Shown here: one piece after another, positions 38,933-49,544 of the stretch | Position numbering within the stretch: the stretch's first letter is position 1 | Layout: each line of letters begins with the position of its first letter | From: a virus | Direction: 5' to 3' (one strand) | Length of the DNA: 64,000 nt | IMG/VR virus record: IMGVR_UViG_3300045258_000102 | Location: 8,891-72,890 of that record | Notes under the pieces: generated by a model | The model's database searches: none | What the model was told of the DNA's origin: nothing | What the model saw: only the letters and a program-made list of their open reading frames with translations | Program-made: the position numbers and the translations under genes

Positions 38933-39112
38933 TCAGCAACAGAAATAGATCACGGCTCCGATGACGCTGACCACGATCAGCACAACGGAGCCGATCAAGT
39001 ACCACTTGGCGCCGCGGCCCGGGTCGTCGGCCGGATTGTGGACAAAGCGACCTGTCGCCGGGTCGTGGAGCGGAGCGCTATGTTCGGGGTGTGGGTGTTG
39101 TTCGGCGGTCAT
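38933..39112 (-). CDS. Small protein with C-terminal TM
   Basis: WYLIGSVVLIVVSVIGAVIYFCC. Confidence 0.55.
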   Translation of the reverse strand: MTAEQHPHPEHSAPLHDPATGRFVHNPADDPGRGAKWYLIGSVVLIVVSVIGAVIYFCC

Positions 39113-39116
39113 GGCT

Positions 39117-39914
39117 TTACCCCGGGTAAATGGCGACTTTGATCGGCGAATAGAGCAGTGACTCGAACATGTCGGCCGGCGTGGTGAGGTATGGCGATCG
39201 ACTCGGCACGGGATCGCAACCGCCGGCAACATCCCATTGCTTCTGGGCGTCGGAGCAGTACGGCGGGTACTTGGCAAAGTAGGCGTCGACGTCCTTGCGC
39301 TTGCGGAGCCAGATGAAATACGCCAGTTCTCGGAAGCCGACAATATGCGTGAGGGCCTCGAAGCCGACGGCCAGCCGACCATAGGGCGTCCCGACCAACG
39401 CCAGCGCGGCGTCGACAGCTTTCCGCGTGTCGAACTCGGGGAACTTGGCGTGGTTGATCGGCGCCACGTAGTACTTTCCCGGGTTGTCGCCGACCTCGTC
39501 CTCGAAGTTCTTGTTCCGGCCCCCGTGGAATTCGACGACATCAAGCAAGCGGATCTCGCCGCTGCGTCTCCGCTGCAGCATTCCCGCGTGCGACACGCCG
39601 GAAAATGTGCCAATTCGTATTGCGTACGAATGGAAGGCGGTGCCGGCGTACCACATTCCCCAGGCTGAAGTAATCGACGGCGCGATGTCGCTATAGCGCG
39701 CGGCGTAATGGGTTGGCGCGTCTGGGTGCCAATTTGGCCCGACGCGAAACTTGTCGGCCAGCACGCCGTAGTCCTCGAACAGTCGCTCGTGTGAGAACAC
39801 GCTCTCACTCGACGCTTCGAGCGGCAGCCGTGGCAAACTCGCGAAGTGGTCGGTGCCGATCATGCTGTTGGCGGCGATCCAAAGCCTGGCGAAGAGGAGT
39901 GCGCGGGAGTTCAT
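39117..39914 (-). CDS. Permuted papain-like NlpC/P60 (YiiX/YaeF-like) amidase/peptidase
   Basis: His motif SHAGM precedes the Cys motif YCSD; VGTPY and TPAD motifs. Confidence 0.75.
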   Translation of the reverse strand: MNSRALLFARLWIAANSMIGTDHFASLPRLPLEASSESVFSHERLFEDYGVLADKFRVGPNWHPDAPTHYAARYSDIAPSITSAWGMWYAGTAFHSYAIRIGTFSGVSHAGMLQRRRSGEIRLLDVVEFHGGRNKNFEDEVGDNPGKYYVAPINHAKFPEFDTRKAVDAALALVGTPYGRLAVGFEALTHIVGFRELAYFIWLRKRKDVDAYFAKYPPYCSDAQKQWDVAGGCDPVPSRSPYLTTPADMFESLLYSPIKVAIYPG

Positions 39915-40417
39915 TACACCCCGACTGGTCGAGGCGCCGCCGAACTTGGCGTCGCTGGTGCCGGAATAAGCGGCGAGTTGATCGGTTGCTGGGCGAGGCC
40001 CGTCACGCCGACGCTTTGGCCGATCTTCGCCTGAATGACCTTGATCGCGGCCGCGACGTCAGGGTCTGCGCCGCCAAGCTGGCGTTGCATGACCATCGTC
40101 ACGTCCATCCAGAAGATACGCTTGACGTCGTCCAGCGTAATTCCCAGCTGCTGGGCGACTTCGCTGCTGTTGAGCTTGTAAAGCAGGGCGTCGACGTCGG
40201 CGATCCCGGTCACGGCTGGCGGAGTGGTGCCATCGGACGCCGTTGCCGACTTCGACGCGACAGCGTCGGTTGCCGGCACCGCGGCCTTATTCTTCTTGTA
40301 AGCCATGAAGCCCAGGAAAGCGGCAGCAGCAACAATCGCCCAGGTGACGGGGTTCGTCAGGATCGCGCTGTCGAGCACCAATTCGGCGGGGCTGGGGACG
40401 AGAATCAAGGAAGGCAT
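39914..40417 (-). CDS. Membrane protein (N-terminal TM)
   Basis: WAIVAAAAFLGFMAYKKNK. Confidence 0.65.
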   Translation of the reverse strand: MPSLILVPSPAELVLDSAILTNPVTWAIVAAAAFLGFMAYKKNKAAVPATDAVASKSATASDGTTPPAVTGIADVDALLYKLNSSEVAQQLGITLDDVKRIFWMDVTMVMQRQLGGADPDVAAAIKVIQAKIGQSVGVTGLAQQPINSPLIPAPATPSSAAPRPVGV

Positions 40418-40427
40418 GACGGCTCCT

Positions 40428-43400
40428 TTAGCTTGAGAGTAGTTTCTTCACTTCGACCTCGATCGCCCGATCGTTCTTCGGCTTGAAGACGCCGGCAATC
40501 TCCCGCTCCACGAGGTTGCTGGCCGCGTCGTCGAGCGCTTTCTGGCCAAGTTTCTGCAAGAAGGCGATCAATTCTTCCGGCGTGTGGCCCAGGTCGATGA
40601 CCATTTTGAGCGCGTGGCCCAGGGCAGATTCGATGTTGACGGCGGCGTCTTTTGGTGGATTCCCGGACATGGCATCACGACTGCGCTGATACGGGGGGTC
40701 AGCTTTCAGCCTGACGCTACGATTTGGGAGCGTCAAGTTGGGCCATGGCTAGCGTGGCTGCGATGCTGCGGTGATGGGCGACCATTCGCCACAAACATCG
40801 TTGCCGGCGGTACAAGGAAAGTGCCAATCAAATGGGCAATCGCCCTCTGGCTCGCTATCCGTGGTCTGTGACACATAGCACATTGGCGGATAACGCTTAC
40901 ACAGCCCTACATTCCCGGAGTCAAAATTCCCAGAGCTGTCCAAGGTATCGTCCTGCGCCCAATGCGCGCATGTATCACATCGCAACGGCGGTTTCGGGGT
41001 GTCGTCGTTCATCTCAGTCCTCCGTCGTGCTGGGGCTCATCGGGATGGGAAGGGGCTCGAAGGATCGTGGGTCGCGACTGGGAGTCGTTGTACATTTCTT
41101 CTGCGATCACCTCAGCGCCGTCGGCGTCAATCGTGCCGTCCTCTCCCATCTCGTCGCTCGATACACCTACGAGGTGTTGAGACATCGCTTTGACGAATTC
41201 GTGCTGCCGCATTCCAGTGATAATCGCCACGCCCATGCTGTCGGCCCATTTCTCAAACACGAGTGGTTCACAATTGAATTCGCCATCTTGGTACTCTCGG
41301 TACAGCGAATGCGTTTCGTCGATCTCCTCAATAGAAATTCCTGGCGGCGCATCGCAGCTCGTACAATGGCCGGAAAGCGTAATGATGTACAGCAACTTAT
41401 CAGGCCCAAGTAGCCGGTATCGCTCGTCCATCGACGTACATCCACATTCACACATTTTTCAACCTCACTTTTTCATCAGCAAGAATATAGTTCGATGTGC
41501 CACGGCCCTGAACGATGCCGTTGCGACCACCTGAATCGTTAATTGCTTTTGCTTCGCCATCACTTCCCCTCCCCGGCCGCCGCCTCGTAAATAACGTCCA
41601 TTACCCACCTCCCTTGCATCGCTGTGCAGTCCAGTCGTGGGCTCGCTGTGCCCACTTCGGCTCCCACGGGAATGCCAACAGCGGGTGAATCAATAGGTTG
41701 TGAACGAACTTCCAAAAGTACCAACTGCCGTTTCTGTTCATGGTGAGTTTGATTGGTGTGATTGGCTTATTCATTGCTCATCTCCACATCTGATATTCAG
41801 ATGTTCGGTGGCTACGCACTCTGTCATTTTCCAACTCCTGGGATATGTTGTTCTAGGGCGCTAACACACTTAAATTACCACGCATAATGAATATACGTCC
41901 CGCCCGCGGTCGAATACCAAAAACTCAAATGGCCGTCATCGCAACCATAATGCCATGAGTACGCAATGCCGCAGTGAAAAGAAGAGCTGTCGCGAATCTT
42001 CAGTTCCACGTATCCGAACCCGCTATCGGCTGACGCCGTTCGCGTCTCGACCTTGAATAAGATCGACAGTGGTGGCGGATTAGGAAACCCGGCCCCGATA
42101 GACAAGGCCAATAGTAACGACCAAAGGTATGTCATAACGCCCACTGTGGCATCATCGCACGGTTAAGACTGCTCAATTAAACACTGTTGGCACGCTCAAG
42201 TGCAGCGTCACGTTCAGCGGAAGAGTTTTTTCCAGTTCCGCTGTGTCCTTGGCGAAGGTCGTCGTGAACCTCTTCGTAGACGATCCCACTCTCGTTTTGT
42301 CGCCTGGGCTAATCGATAATTCCTCAATGCCGTCATGCGGTAACGCGAACACAGCGTAGCCAGTACATGCCGGCACTTCACGGTTTAGTACGAGTGTAAG
42401 GTTCATGAGCTTTGGGCTGACGGGGGTTGTGACGACGTTCTCGATCGCCACGATCTGAAGACCTGCTTCCCTCGTCGGCAAGGCGTGCTCGGTCACAATT
42501 GTCTGCATATCCTTATCCCAAATGAGCCTGCTATGCCCGGTGCGTCTCTGTTGCCTGTTGTCTGACATATCGATTCCACGCTTTCTTGGACTCCGTTAGG
42601 TTTCTTCCCGGCTGGCCATTGCGATCATGCTTATCGGCTAGGCATCCAGTCACGAACAGACCGGAGGAGCTCATCGTAGTCGGCTGTTTTCCGCAGATTG
42701 GACAGTTATAAGTTTTCATTGCGATGCGTCAGGTATATAGGTGCCTTCGGATTGGTGTCACGCGAAGCCAAATTGCACTCGACTTGTAGTTTCATCCCTG
42801 CTCTCCACGAGGTGGCGAGGGCGGCTTTCCACTGTTTCAAGGCTTCGCGCGCGGTGAATTGAATCGCGCACCAAACGCAATCAGTCCTATTCGCATTCTG
42901 GTCGCATCCATGCGTCGCCCCATGCTCGATGATTTCCAACGCCTTGGCCAAGCCCTCCGCCGCCTCTCTCAGTTGTGCCAGTGCTGGGGCTGGGGTGGCA
43001 GCACCGTCACGATAGCCTGCGTGGTAGAATCCCGGCGCTCCTAATGATCCTGGGTGTTTAGCCTTCCACGCCCTTTCGATTTCTTCTTCGTCTGGTGTCA
43101 CTGCTGGGGCTGGGGTGGCTGCTCGTAGCTTCGCCCGTAGTCGTCCGATGTGGTCGATTAGTTGGGCGACATCCTCCTGCGAAATTAAATGGCAGTCGCT
43201 ATAGAAGTTGTTGATGACTTCGCTCAACCGTATTTCGGTCAACGGCTCGCTGTGCCAGATAAAGTAAATCGGATCATCTTCTCGGCTTGGCTCCGCATCC
43301 TCCGTGGTCGGCGTGGCTGCTGGGGCTGGCGATGCGAGGGCGGCGGAAACGCTCATCAATAATTGGCCGGCCTCAGACTCGCTACGATGCAATATCGGCT

Positions 43401-43956
43401 TCAATAGAAACGCTTCGATTCGTTCCCTTAGCGATAGCGTATTTGCCGCAGCCGCCCGCAGCGCAACCAGCTCCCTTAACGCGGCGTCGATCATCGTGGC
43501 GCATTCTGGCTGGTATTCCGTCAGTCCAACGCCGCCGAGTATTGCGAACCACTTGGCGTAGTCGGCGGCCCGCTCATCTTGCAGTTGATTGATCCGTTGC
43601 TCCCCCGCTTCCCGCACCCCTGGCGAGCGGAGACTGGCGGCGATGGCTTTCACTCGTTCGCGATCTTTTCGAGCAAAAACCAGAACGTCGGTGAAATGTT
43701 CTATCAACCACTCGGCGTCTGCGTCCGCATCGGGGGCGGCCGGCAGCGGAAGAGCGCGAACGGCGGCAAGGACTTCGGCAAGGTGTTCCAAAACCAGAGT
43801 GGCAATTATCGGCAGCTCCGGCAGTGCCGTTGCGGTAACAAACGCGTGGTATATGTTCGGATCGCCCTGATACGTGCGAACAAACCAGTCCTTGAACCAC
43901 GGAGACGGAAACCGCAGCTTCAATTGTTCCACGATCTGTTCTTGTAGGTCGCTCAT
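40428..43956 (-). CDS. Array of small/mosaic hypothetical genes (40428-40670, 40749-41012, 41009-41455, 41875-42144, 42173-42568, 42531-42719, 42706-43956)
   Basis: Collinear, mostly overlapping ORFs, several with CxxC zinc motifs; typical variable late-early region. Confidence 0.55.
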
Positions 43957-44198
43957 GTCGGCCTCCACTTTTCTAGCATTGCCTTTGCTTCTGTTTGATG
44001 ATGCTTGTAGACGTACTCCTTGGCGCAGAAGTATTCCATTGCACGTTCCACCACTTCCCAGGGGACCATGCGCGCGTGGTTGGCGGCGATCATCCGCAGA
44101 GTCTCCCGGTCGAGTTCGCTCGCCATTCCCGCATCGGCACGGCGATTCATAAACGCAACCTCCAATGCTCTCTGCTCAACTGTCAGTGGGTCGCTCAT
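43953..44198 (-). CDS. Hypothetical protein
   Basis: 81 aa; ATGA-coupled on both sides. Confidence 0.55.
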   Translation of the reverse strand: MSDPLTVEQRALEVAFMNRRADAGMASELDRETLRMIAANHARMVPWEVVERAMEYFCAKEYVYKHHQTEAKAMLEKWRPT

Positions 44199-44836
44199 GC
44201 TTGCTCCGTAAGTGCAAGGGGTGAATTGGCCTCGAAGAATGCTGCGGCGAATCCGGCAGGCGTTTTCTCGCGCTCGCGTTTGTGGCTGCTGGACATGAAC
44301 GCGATGCGGCCCTGGGTGCGTCCGTTGGGGGTGCGCCGAGTCGGCTCTGGTTCCACGGGTTCAACCACGGGCGGCTTCTGCGCCGTTCCCCAGATGTAAG
44401 TTTGCTTTCCCCACGGATCGCCGTATTCCCACGGTTGATACTGCCAGGCAGGTGGGCCAAGTTCTGGGACTAACTCGCGGTGCCGGCCCGGCGGATTCTC
44501 CATCGCCCAAAAGCCGGTCGCCATCTTGCACAACCGCAGACAGGCCCGCATGATCGACACGTCCCGTTGCGTCTGGCCCAACAAATCCATCTTAAACCAC
44601 CAGCGAGCGCCGGGGCGGCAAAAGCAGGTGCATGGCGGAGCGGCCAGCACTGCCCACGGTCGATGTCCCATCACGAAGTCGCGCACGTCTCCGCCCACCC
44701 GCACCACGTTGCCTACCTGATGCGCTCCAGGCTTGTGGTCCAGGTCCACCATCACGACGCGACAACCGGCCTCAGCGTAGCGGCGCGACCATTCGCCCGA
44801 ATAATCGCACAAACTTAATACGAGTGGGTCGCTCAT
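44195..44836 (-). CDS. Phage DNA (cytosine-5) methyltransferase-like protein
   Basis: VLSLCDYSG.WS (motif I variant), LAAPPCT (catalytic PC) and WAMENP (ENP). Confidence 0.75.
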   Translation of the reverse strand: MSDPLVLSLCDYSGEWSRRYAEAGCRVVMVDLDHKPGAHQVGNVVRVGGDVRDFVMGHRPWAVLAAPPCTCFCRPGARWWFKMDLLGQTQRDVSIMRACLRLCKMATGFWAMENPPGRHRELVPELGPPAWQYQPWEYGDPWGKQTYIWGTAQKPPVVEPVEPEPTRRTPNGRTQGRIAFMSSSHKREREKTPAGFAAAFFEANSPLALTEQA

Positions 44837-45029
44837 GGCCTTACTCCTCGATTCAGAATGGTGGCAGAGTATTCGTGTGGTCTGATTGCATCTCGCTCGT
44901 AATACCTCCAGCGGTCTCGCCTTGGCTGTCGGTGTTCCTGATATTCCTCCAGGGATTCGTAGCAGTAAGGCGGCGGCGTTGCGAGTCGTCGATCCTCGCG
45001 GCATTTTGTGCAATTGCACATAGTCGTCC

Positions 45030-45548
45030 TCAAACTTCAAAGCCACGGTCTTTCAATATCTTGGCTACTTGAGCCTGAACCTGCGGACTTATCGGAACTA
45101 CTTCCATGCTTGAATCGCTTGCGGTCGTTTCCTTCGATCCACAGGGCAGGTTGTTGAAGGTGTAATCGGCCGCAAGTTGATCGCCGTTCAGTCGCAAGAG
45201 TTTTGGATTGTCTATGCCGCAAATGGTTTCGACTTCAATTCGATCATCTCGCAACATTACAAACACGACTTTTGCATGAAACGAGCAATAACGACGCAAC
45301 AACAAGTCACCCGGCCTCAGCGGGCAATCCTTGCCGGTCCACGGCTTGTAGGTGGGCGCGGGCTTCATGGCGTCCGCATTTCCAGTATCACGAATCGCCA
45401 TGATGAATCTAATGGCCACTTCCGCTACTTCCGGGTCACGCAATTGGTGCCCCAGTTTGCGCTCGTAAGTGAGCACGCGCTTTCTATTGACGAACAACAT
45501 CTCGTTGTCTTCGCTATCCATAATCACTTCGATCTGGGGCGTGGGCAT
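45030..45548 (-). CDS. Hypothetical protein
   Basis: GGAG SD; start MPTPQIEV. Confidence 0.55.
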   Translation of the reverse strand: MPTPQIEVIMDSEDNEMLFVNRKRVLTYERKLGHQLRDPEVAEVAIRFIMAIRDTGNADAMKPAPTYKPWTGKDCPLRPGDLLLRRYCSFHAKVVFVMLRDDRIEVETICGIDNPKLLRLNGDQLAADYTFNNLPCGSKETTASDSSMEVVPISPQVQAQVAKILKDRGFEV

Positions 45549-45576
45549 GGCCTTACTCCGTGAATGGTGGGGGCGG

Positions 45577-47280
45577 TTACTCAAAAAACACGTCGGCAGC
45601 TTTTGTTCCACCGTCGCGCTCATAGCCTTCTGCGGCTTCGAGTCCGCGCAGTCTTCCGATGGCATTATTCCAGGTGGAACTTCCCGAAGAATACCCGGAT
45701 GACTCTGACAACTCCGCCGTAGTCATTCGCGACGGATGTGCTTCGCAAAGTGCATCTAGCATGATGTTCTCAGCCTTTCCGAGTCGCGCCCTAAGCCACT
45801 CCCTGAGTGTCTTTCCACTCGGCTTAGGTTCGACACCCCACGACTCTACCTCCGCAATTCCGAGTGGCGTAATAGTCCATCCGCTTAAATGTCGCCGGCG
45901 CAAGCGACCCAGCGCGTTATTCCATGTCGAGCTATTGGAAGCATATCCAGAATAGAAAGACACCTTCGATGGCGTGGCCGTCTCGTCTTTAAGCCAATAA
46001 AACGCTCGCAAAATTGCACGCTCTGATTTTAATAGAATGATATCATCGTCGCCTACAACAGAGGCTATGGGCGCAGCAGGCTTAACGGTTTCGCGTCGTG
46101 ACGATGTACGACCACTCGGCGTTGCAATAGCAATCTTCTCAGTCGGAGCGCTCACCGTCACAATTGCTTCGCCGTTCAAATGGGCCAACTCGGCAATCTT
46201 TTTCAGCCGCGTCACGACTCCACTGTGAGCCTTTTGCAGTTTCGACACTTCTCCCTGCCAGTGCTTATCGCAATCGGCAGCAGCTTTCTCCGCTGCCTTG
46301 ATGAGCACGTTTGGATCGACAGCGGCCGGCTCCTTGGACTCCGCTTTCTTTTTCCATTCGGCGATCTGTTTGCGAAGTTCCTTCGGGTCGTTCGCCTTCG
46401 CTTCCTCGACCACCGATGCCAACTTAGCGCGAATCTCTGACAGATCGACCGACGCCCAGCCCTTGAGCTTTTCCGTCCCACTGTTGGCTTGCGGCGCAAA
46501 CGAATCGTAAGTCTTGAAAAGTGGGAAGGTGATTTGCTTTGGGCCGAATCCTATTTCCGGCGACCACACCCAACCCTCGCCACGTTGCATGGATGCCAGT
46601 GTATTCAAAACGTCGCGGCCCTTTTGTGCATCACCAGCGCCGTCAATCCAATCTTTGATCGCGTCCCGGTCCAGCTTGTGAATCACTCGCATGGCAACCA
46701 GCGTTTCGGCGCACGTCAGAAAATCCTTGTGGACCTTTTGCGGTCGCTGAGATGCCGAGAGGATCGTCAACCCCTTCCCGCGCCCTTCGCTCGCAAGCCG
46801 GTTCGCCCAATGCAGCATCTTGCCGGCGTCTGGATCGAGCACCTTCCCCTGTGGTGCAAAGTTGTGAACCTCGTCGATGACGATATAGCGATGCCCGCGC
46901 GTGGTGCGAAACAGCGTCGATGCGAAGTCCACAAAGAACCGAGTCCGCTCGCCCGGCATCCAGCCGCCAAGATTGATAATGCAGGGGCGGTTGCCGGTTG
47001 CGATCAGTTCGGCGACCTGCTGACCAGAGTGCGCGTTGAGTGGCACATCGGCATACTCGCCGCCAAAGATGACGACGGGGTAGCCAGCAGACTTACCACT
47101 TGCCGACAGCTTGAGCCCCCACCAATCACCCTTCGGGTCGATGATGCAAACCGGCTTCTGATCGTCCAACAGCCCTTCGACCATCGAGCGCAGTACCGAC
47201 GACTTCCCGGAGCCCGTTTTGCCAAGAACTGCAATATGCTGTCGGAAAATCTCGGCTGGTAGTTTTGCCATCGGGTTCAT
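45577..47280 (-). CDS. HerA/FtsK-family (DUF87) ATPase with C-terminal duplicated wHTH-like domains
   Basis: HIAVLGKTGSGKS, IIDPKGD, IVIDEVH, GRGKG, ASQRP; SGY...SSTWNNA.GRLR occurs twice. Confidence 0.85.
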   Translation of the reverse strand: MNPMAKLPAEIFRQHIAVLGKTGSGKSSVLRSMVEGLLDDQKPVCIIDPKGDWWGLKLSASGKSAGYPVVIFGGEYADVPLNAHSGQQVAELIATGNRPCIINLGGWMPGERTRFFVDFASTLFRTTRGHRYIVIDEVHNFAPQGKVLDPDAGKMLHWANRLASEGRGKGLTILSASQRPQKVHKDFLTCAETLVAMRVIHKLDRDAIKDWIDGAGDAQKGRDVLNTLASMQRGEGWVWSPEIGFGPKQITFPLFKTYDSFAPQANSGTEKLKGWASVDLSEIRAKLASVVEEAKANDPKELRKQIAEWKKKAESKEPAAVDPNVLIKAAEKAAADCDKHWQGEVSKLQKAHSGVVTRLKKIAELAHLNGEAIVTVSAPTEKIAIATPSGRTSSRRETVKPAAPIASVVGDDDIILLKSERAILRAFYWLKDETATPSKVSFYSGYASNSSTWNNALGRLRRRHLSGWTITPLGIAEVESWGVEPKPSGKTLREWLRARLGKAENIMLDALCEAHPSRMTTAELSESSGYSSGSSTWNNAIGRLRGLEAAEGYERDGGTKAADVFFE

Positions 47281-47303
47281 CTCCTAGTGGGGGCGGGCGG
47301 GGG

Positions 47304-47609
47304 TTAGGCTCGCGGCGCGACCATTCCCAACTCAAGCAACAACTGCGTCGGCGCGAATGCCGAGAACCTTGCCAACGCGCCGAGGTCAACCTTCAGCGGC
47401 AACGGCTCCCCGGATCCTCCGCTGAGTCCCAACGGATCGGCTTCGCGCTTGGCTTCCTCCTCGGCCCGCAGGTACGCGGCTGCGCACAGCCTACCGTAAA
47501 TCTCCTTGGAGATTTCCAGCCGCATGAGCTGCAATTGGGCGGACTCCATCTGCTCCCGCTGGCGATTCGCAGCGAGCACGTCTGGTAGTTCTAGGTCTGG
47601 CATGGTCAT
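47304..47609 (-). CDS. Hypothetical protein
   Basis: ATGA-coupled; GGAG SD. Confidence 0.55.
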   Translation of the reverse strand: MTMPDLELPDVLAANRQREQMESAQLQLMRLEISKEIYGRLCAAAYLRAEEEAKREADPLGLSGGSGEPLPLKVDLGALARFSAFAPTQLLLELGMVAPRA

Positions 47610-48598
47610 TCTCCTTCGTTGACTCGCAGGGCCAACGTGTAGCCTCGCGGTGGGTCGTAATAAAACGCACGCGAATCAAGTACCAGCACCACTAGCGCGT
47701 AAGGCAGCCCGAGCGCTTTGCTGATCGCCGCAGCCGTGATCGGCCCGATGGTGCGGCGCATCAGCCGAGCGATCTTGTTTCTGACGTCCTCGGCACTGGC
47801 ACCGTGAGCAGCGCACTCCTCGACTCCTGGCGAGAGCAGCATCAGTCGCGACGTCCGCTTTTTCGAGTTTAGCCGACCGCTGGTCTTGGCACCGCGCATA
47901 AACCTTCGGTCACTGAAGACCTTCTCGATCGAGCCGCTGGGGATGTTGACCGCTCTGGCGATCACGTATTGCGGGTGAGCACCGGGATTGGCCTTGAGCC
48001 ACTGAATGGCCCGCTGCGTGTGGCCCTCGAGCACGGCCTTGGGCCGCGGGTGCGGCTCGCGCTGGCGATACTTTGGCGGCTTTTCGACCGGCGCGTGCGG
48101 CTCGCGAACGTACCCCGGCCGAGCCCAATTCAGAAACCGCTCGGACATCTGCGGGCTGATACCGAAGATCGCTTCGAGATCCGTCGACGTGCAGGTCGTC
48201 ACGTCCAGGCCGCTCAGCGCGAGTTCGTCCAGCGACTTGGCGATCCGCCGATGGTCGCCCGTCTTCAGCTCGCGCACCAGCTCGAGCAGCCTGTCGTTCT
48301 CGGCAGCTCGCTTCAGGAAGTCGAACGGGGTGTCGGAGCGCCGGCAGCGCGCCAGCAGTCGCCGCGTCGCATCTTCGCCCGAACCGTGGTTGCTGGCCGC
48401 GATGATTTCTTGCACGAGGTAACATTGCATGTCGCGCGTCGTGTGGTGCGCTTCGGGGTCGGAGCCGGTGGGCACGAGCAGTGGCGCAAGCCGCTCCGGC
48501 TTCGAGCGCATGGCGCCGTCACGCGGCGTGAGCACTTGCCGGTTGTGCGGTCGGCCTTTGTTGTATTGCGACATGAGTAGTAATGCGATGAGGAGCAT
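47606..48598 (-). CDS. HhH-GPD glycosylase-like domain fused to HTH-like domains (start uncertain)
   Basis: KTGDHRRI...LDVTTCT..DLEAIFGISPQMS.RFL resembles phage HhH glycosylases. Confidence 0.5.
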   Translation of the reverse strand: MLLIALLLMSQYNKGRPHNRQVLTPRDGAMRSKPERLAPLLVPTGSDPEAHHTTRDMQCYLVQEIIAASNHGSGEDATRRLLARCRRSDTPFDFLKRAAENDRLLELVRELKTGDHRRIAKSLDELALSGLDVTTCTSTDLEAIFGISPQMSERFLNWARPGYVREPHAPVEKPPKYRQREPHPRPKAVLEGHTQRAIQWLKANPGAHPQYVIARAVNIPSGSIEKVFSDRRFMRGAKTSGRLNSKKRTSRLMLLSPGVEECAAHGASAEDVRNKIARLMRRTIGPITAAAISKALGLPYALVVLVLDSRAFYYDPPRGYTLALRVNEGE

Positions 48599-48617
48599 GG
48601 GTTACTCGGACACGCGA

Positions 48618-48953
48618 TCAATTCGTGTCGCTCGGCCCTTCCTGAAGTGCGACTAGAGCTTTCCGAAGCAAATCGACGCACTGCGAATGCTTACCGCGAA
48701 AGACGAGATAGTTGAGCGGCACCGGTGTCTCGTTGCCGCCACCGACGGAAATGCGCAGAATTCCTTGCTCGTCATCGGGCAACTGGCGGACATGCACGCC
48801 GCGGGCCTGCCATTCGCAAATGATCTCTTCGTTTTTCAGGCCGCCGGTGATTTTTGAACGGCCAGCCAAAAAGTCGTCGCTCGCCCTTTCTTCCAGGCGA
48901 TCCATGAACTGTCGTCGTAGGTTGTTAGCGTCCGAATCTTGGTGGGTCTGCAT
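48618..48953 (-). CDS. Hypothetical protein
   Basis: AAGGAG SD; 111 aa. Confidence 0.6.
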   Translation of the reverse strand: MQTHQDSDANNLRRQFMDRLEERASDDFLAGRSKITGGLKNEEIICEWQARGVHVRQLPDDEQGILRISVGGGNETPVPLNYLVFRGKHSQCVDLLRKALVALQEGPSDTN

Positions 48954-49104
48954 CGCTTCTCCTTACTGCGAGTTAGGTGAGTTATTGCCAGTGAAAATGC
49001 CCCACGGCGGACGATCTAATCGTTGCAGCTCGGCGGAATTGGGTTGAATTTATCGACGACATGAAAGCGCCGTCCGCTCTGCCGCCGCCAGGGGCGCGGG
49101 ACGA

Positions 49105-49530
49105 CTACTCGTCAGAATCGGTTTCCTCTTCCTCGTCTTCCGGCTTCTCGTCGGGAATGCTGCTGACCTCTTCGATCTTCAGTCGTCCGGCACCGGAACT
49201 GAAATGCGCCAACTCAGCGATGTCGACGTCCTTCAGCGAGAACGTGAGGCCGATGCCGATTTGTTTGGCGTTGGCCGAGAAGCCTTTCACATCGAACACG
49301 CCCTTAACAGTCCTGTCCGTGTCGAACGCGGTCTTCTGGCCGTTGCCGTCCTCTCGCTTGCCGAGTACGACCGAGCCGATCAGTCGCCGATTGCAGAACA
49401 GTTTATCGGCTTGCGATGCGCTGCACACGCCGCGATCGATCTTCACGCCCAGTCGGGCCGTCGTCTCGCCGATACTCACGGTTCCGAAGTTGACTCCGCC
49501 ATCGAATTCCTTGAAGGTTTTACCTGCCAT
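49105..49530 (-). CDS. Hypothetical protein with acidic tail (possible ssDNA-binding)
   Basis: Beta-rich, acidic C-terminus; AAAGGA SD. Confidence 0.6.
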   Translation of the reverse strand: MAGKTFKEFDGGVNFGTVSIGETTARLGVKIDRGVCSASQADKLFCNRRLIGSVVLGKREDGNGQKTAFDTDRTVKGVFDVKGFSANAKQIGIGLTFSLKDVDIAELAHFSSGAGRLKIEEVSSIPDEKPEDEEEETDSDE

Positions 49531-49544
49531 AAAGTTTTCCTTTG

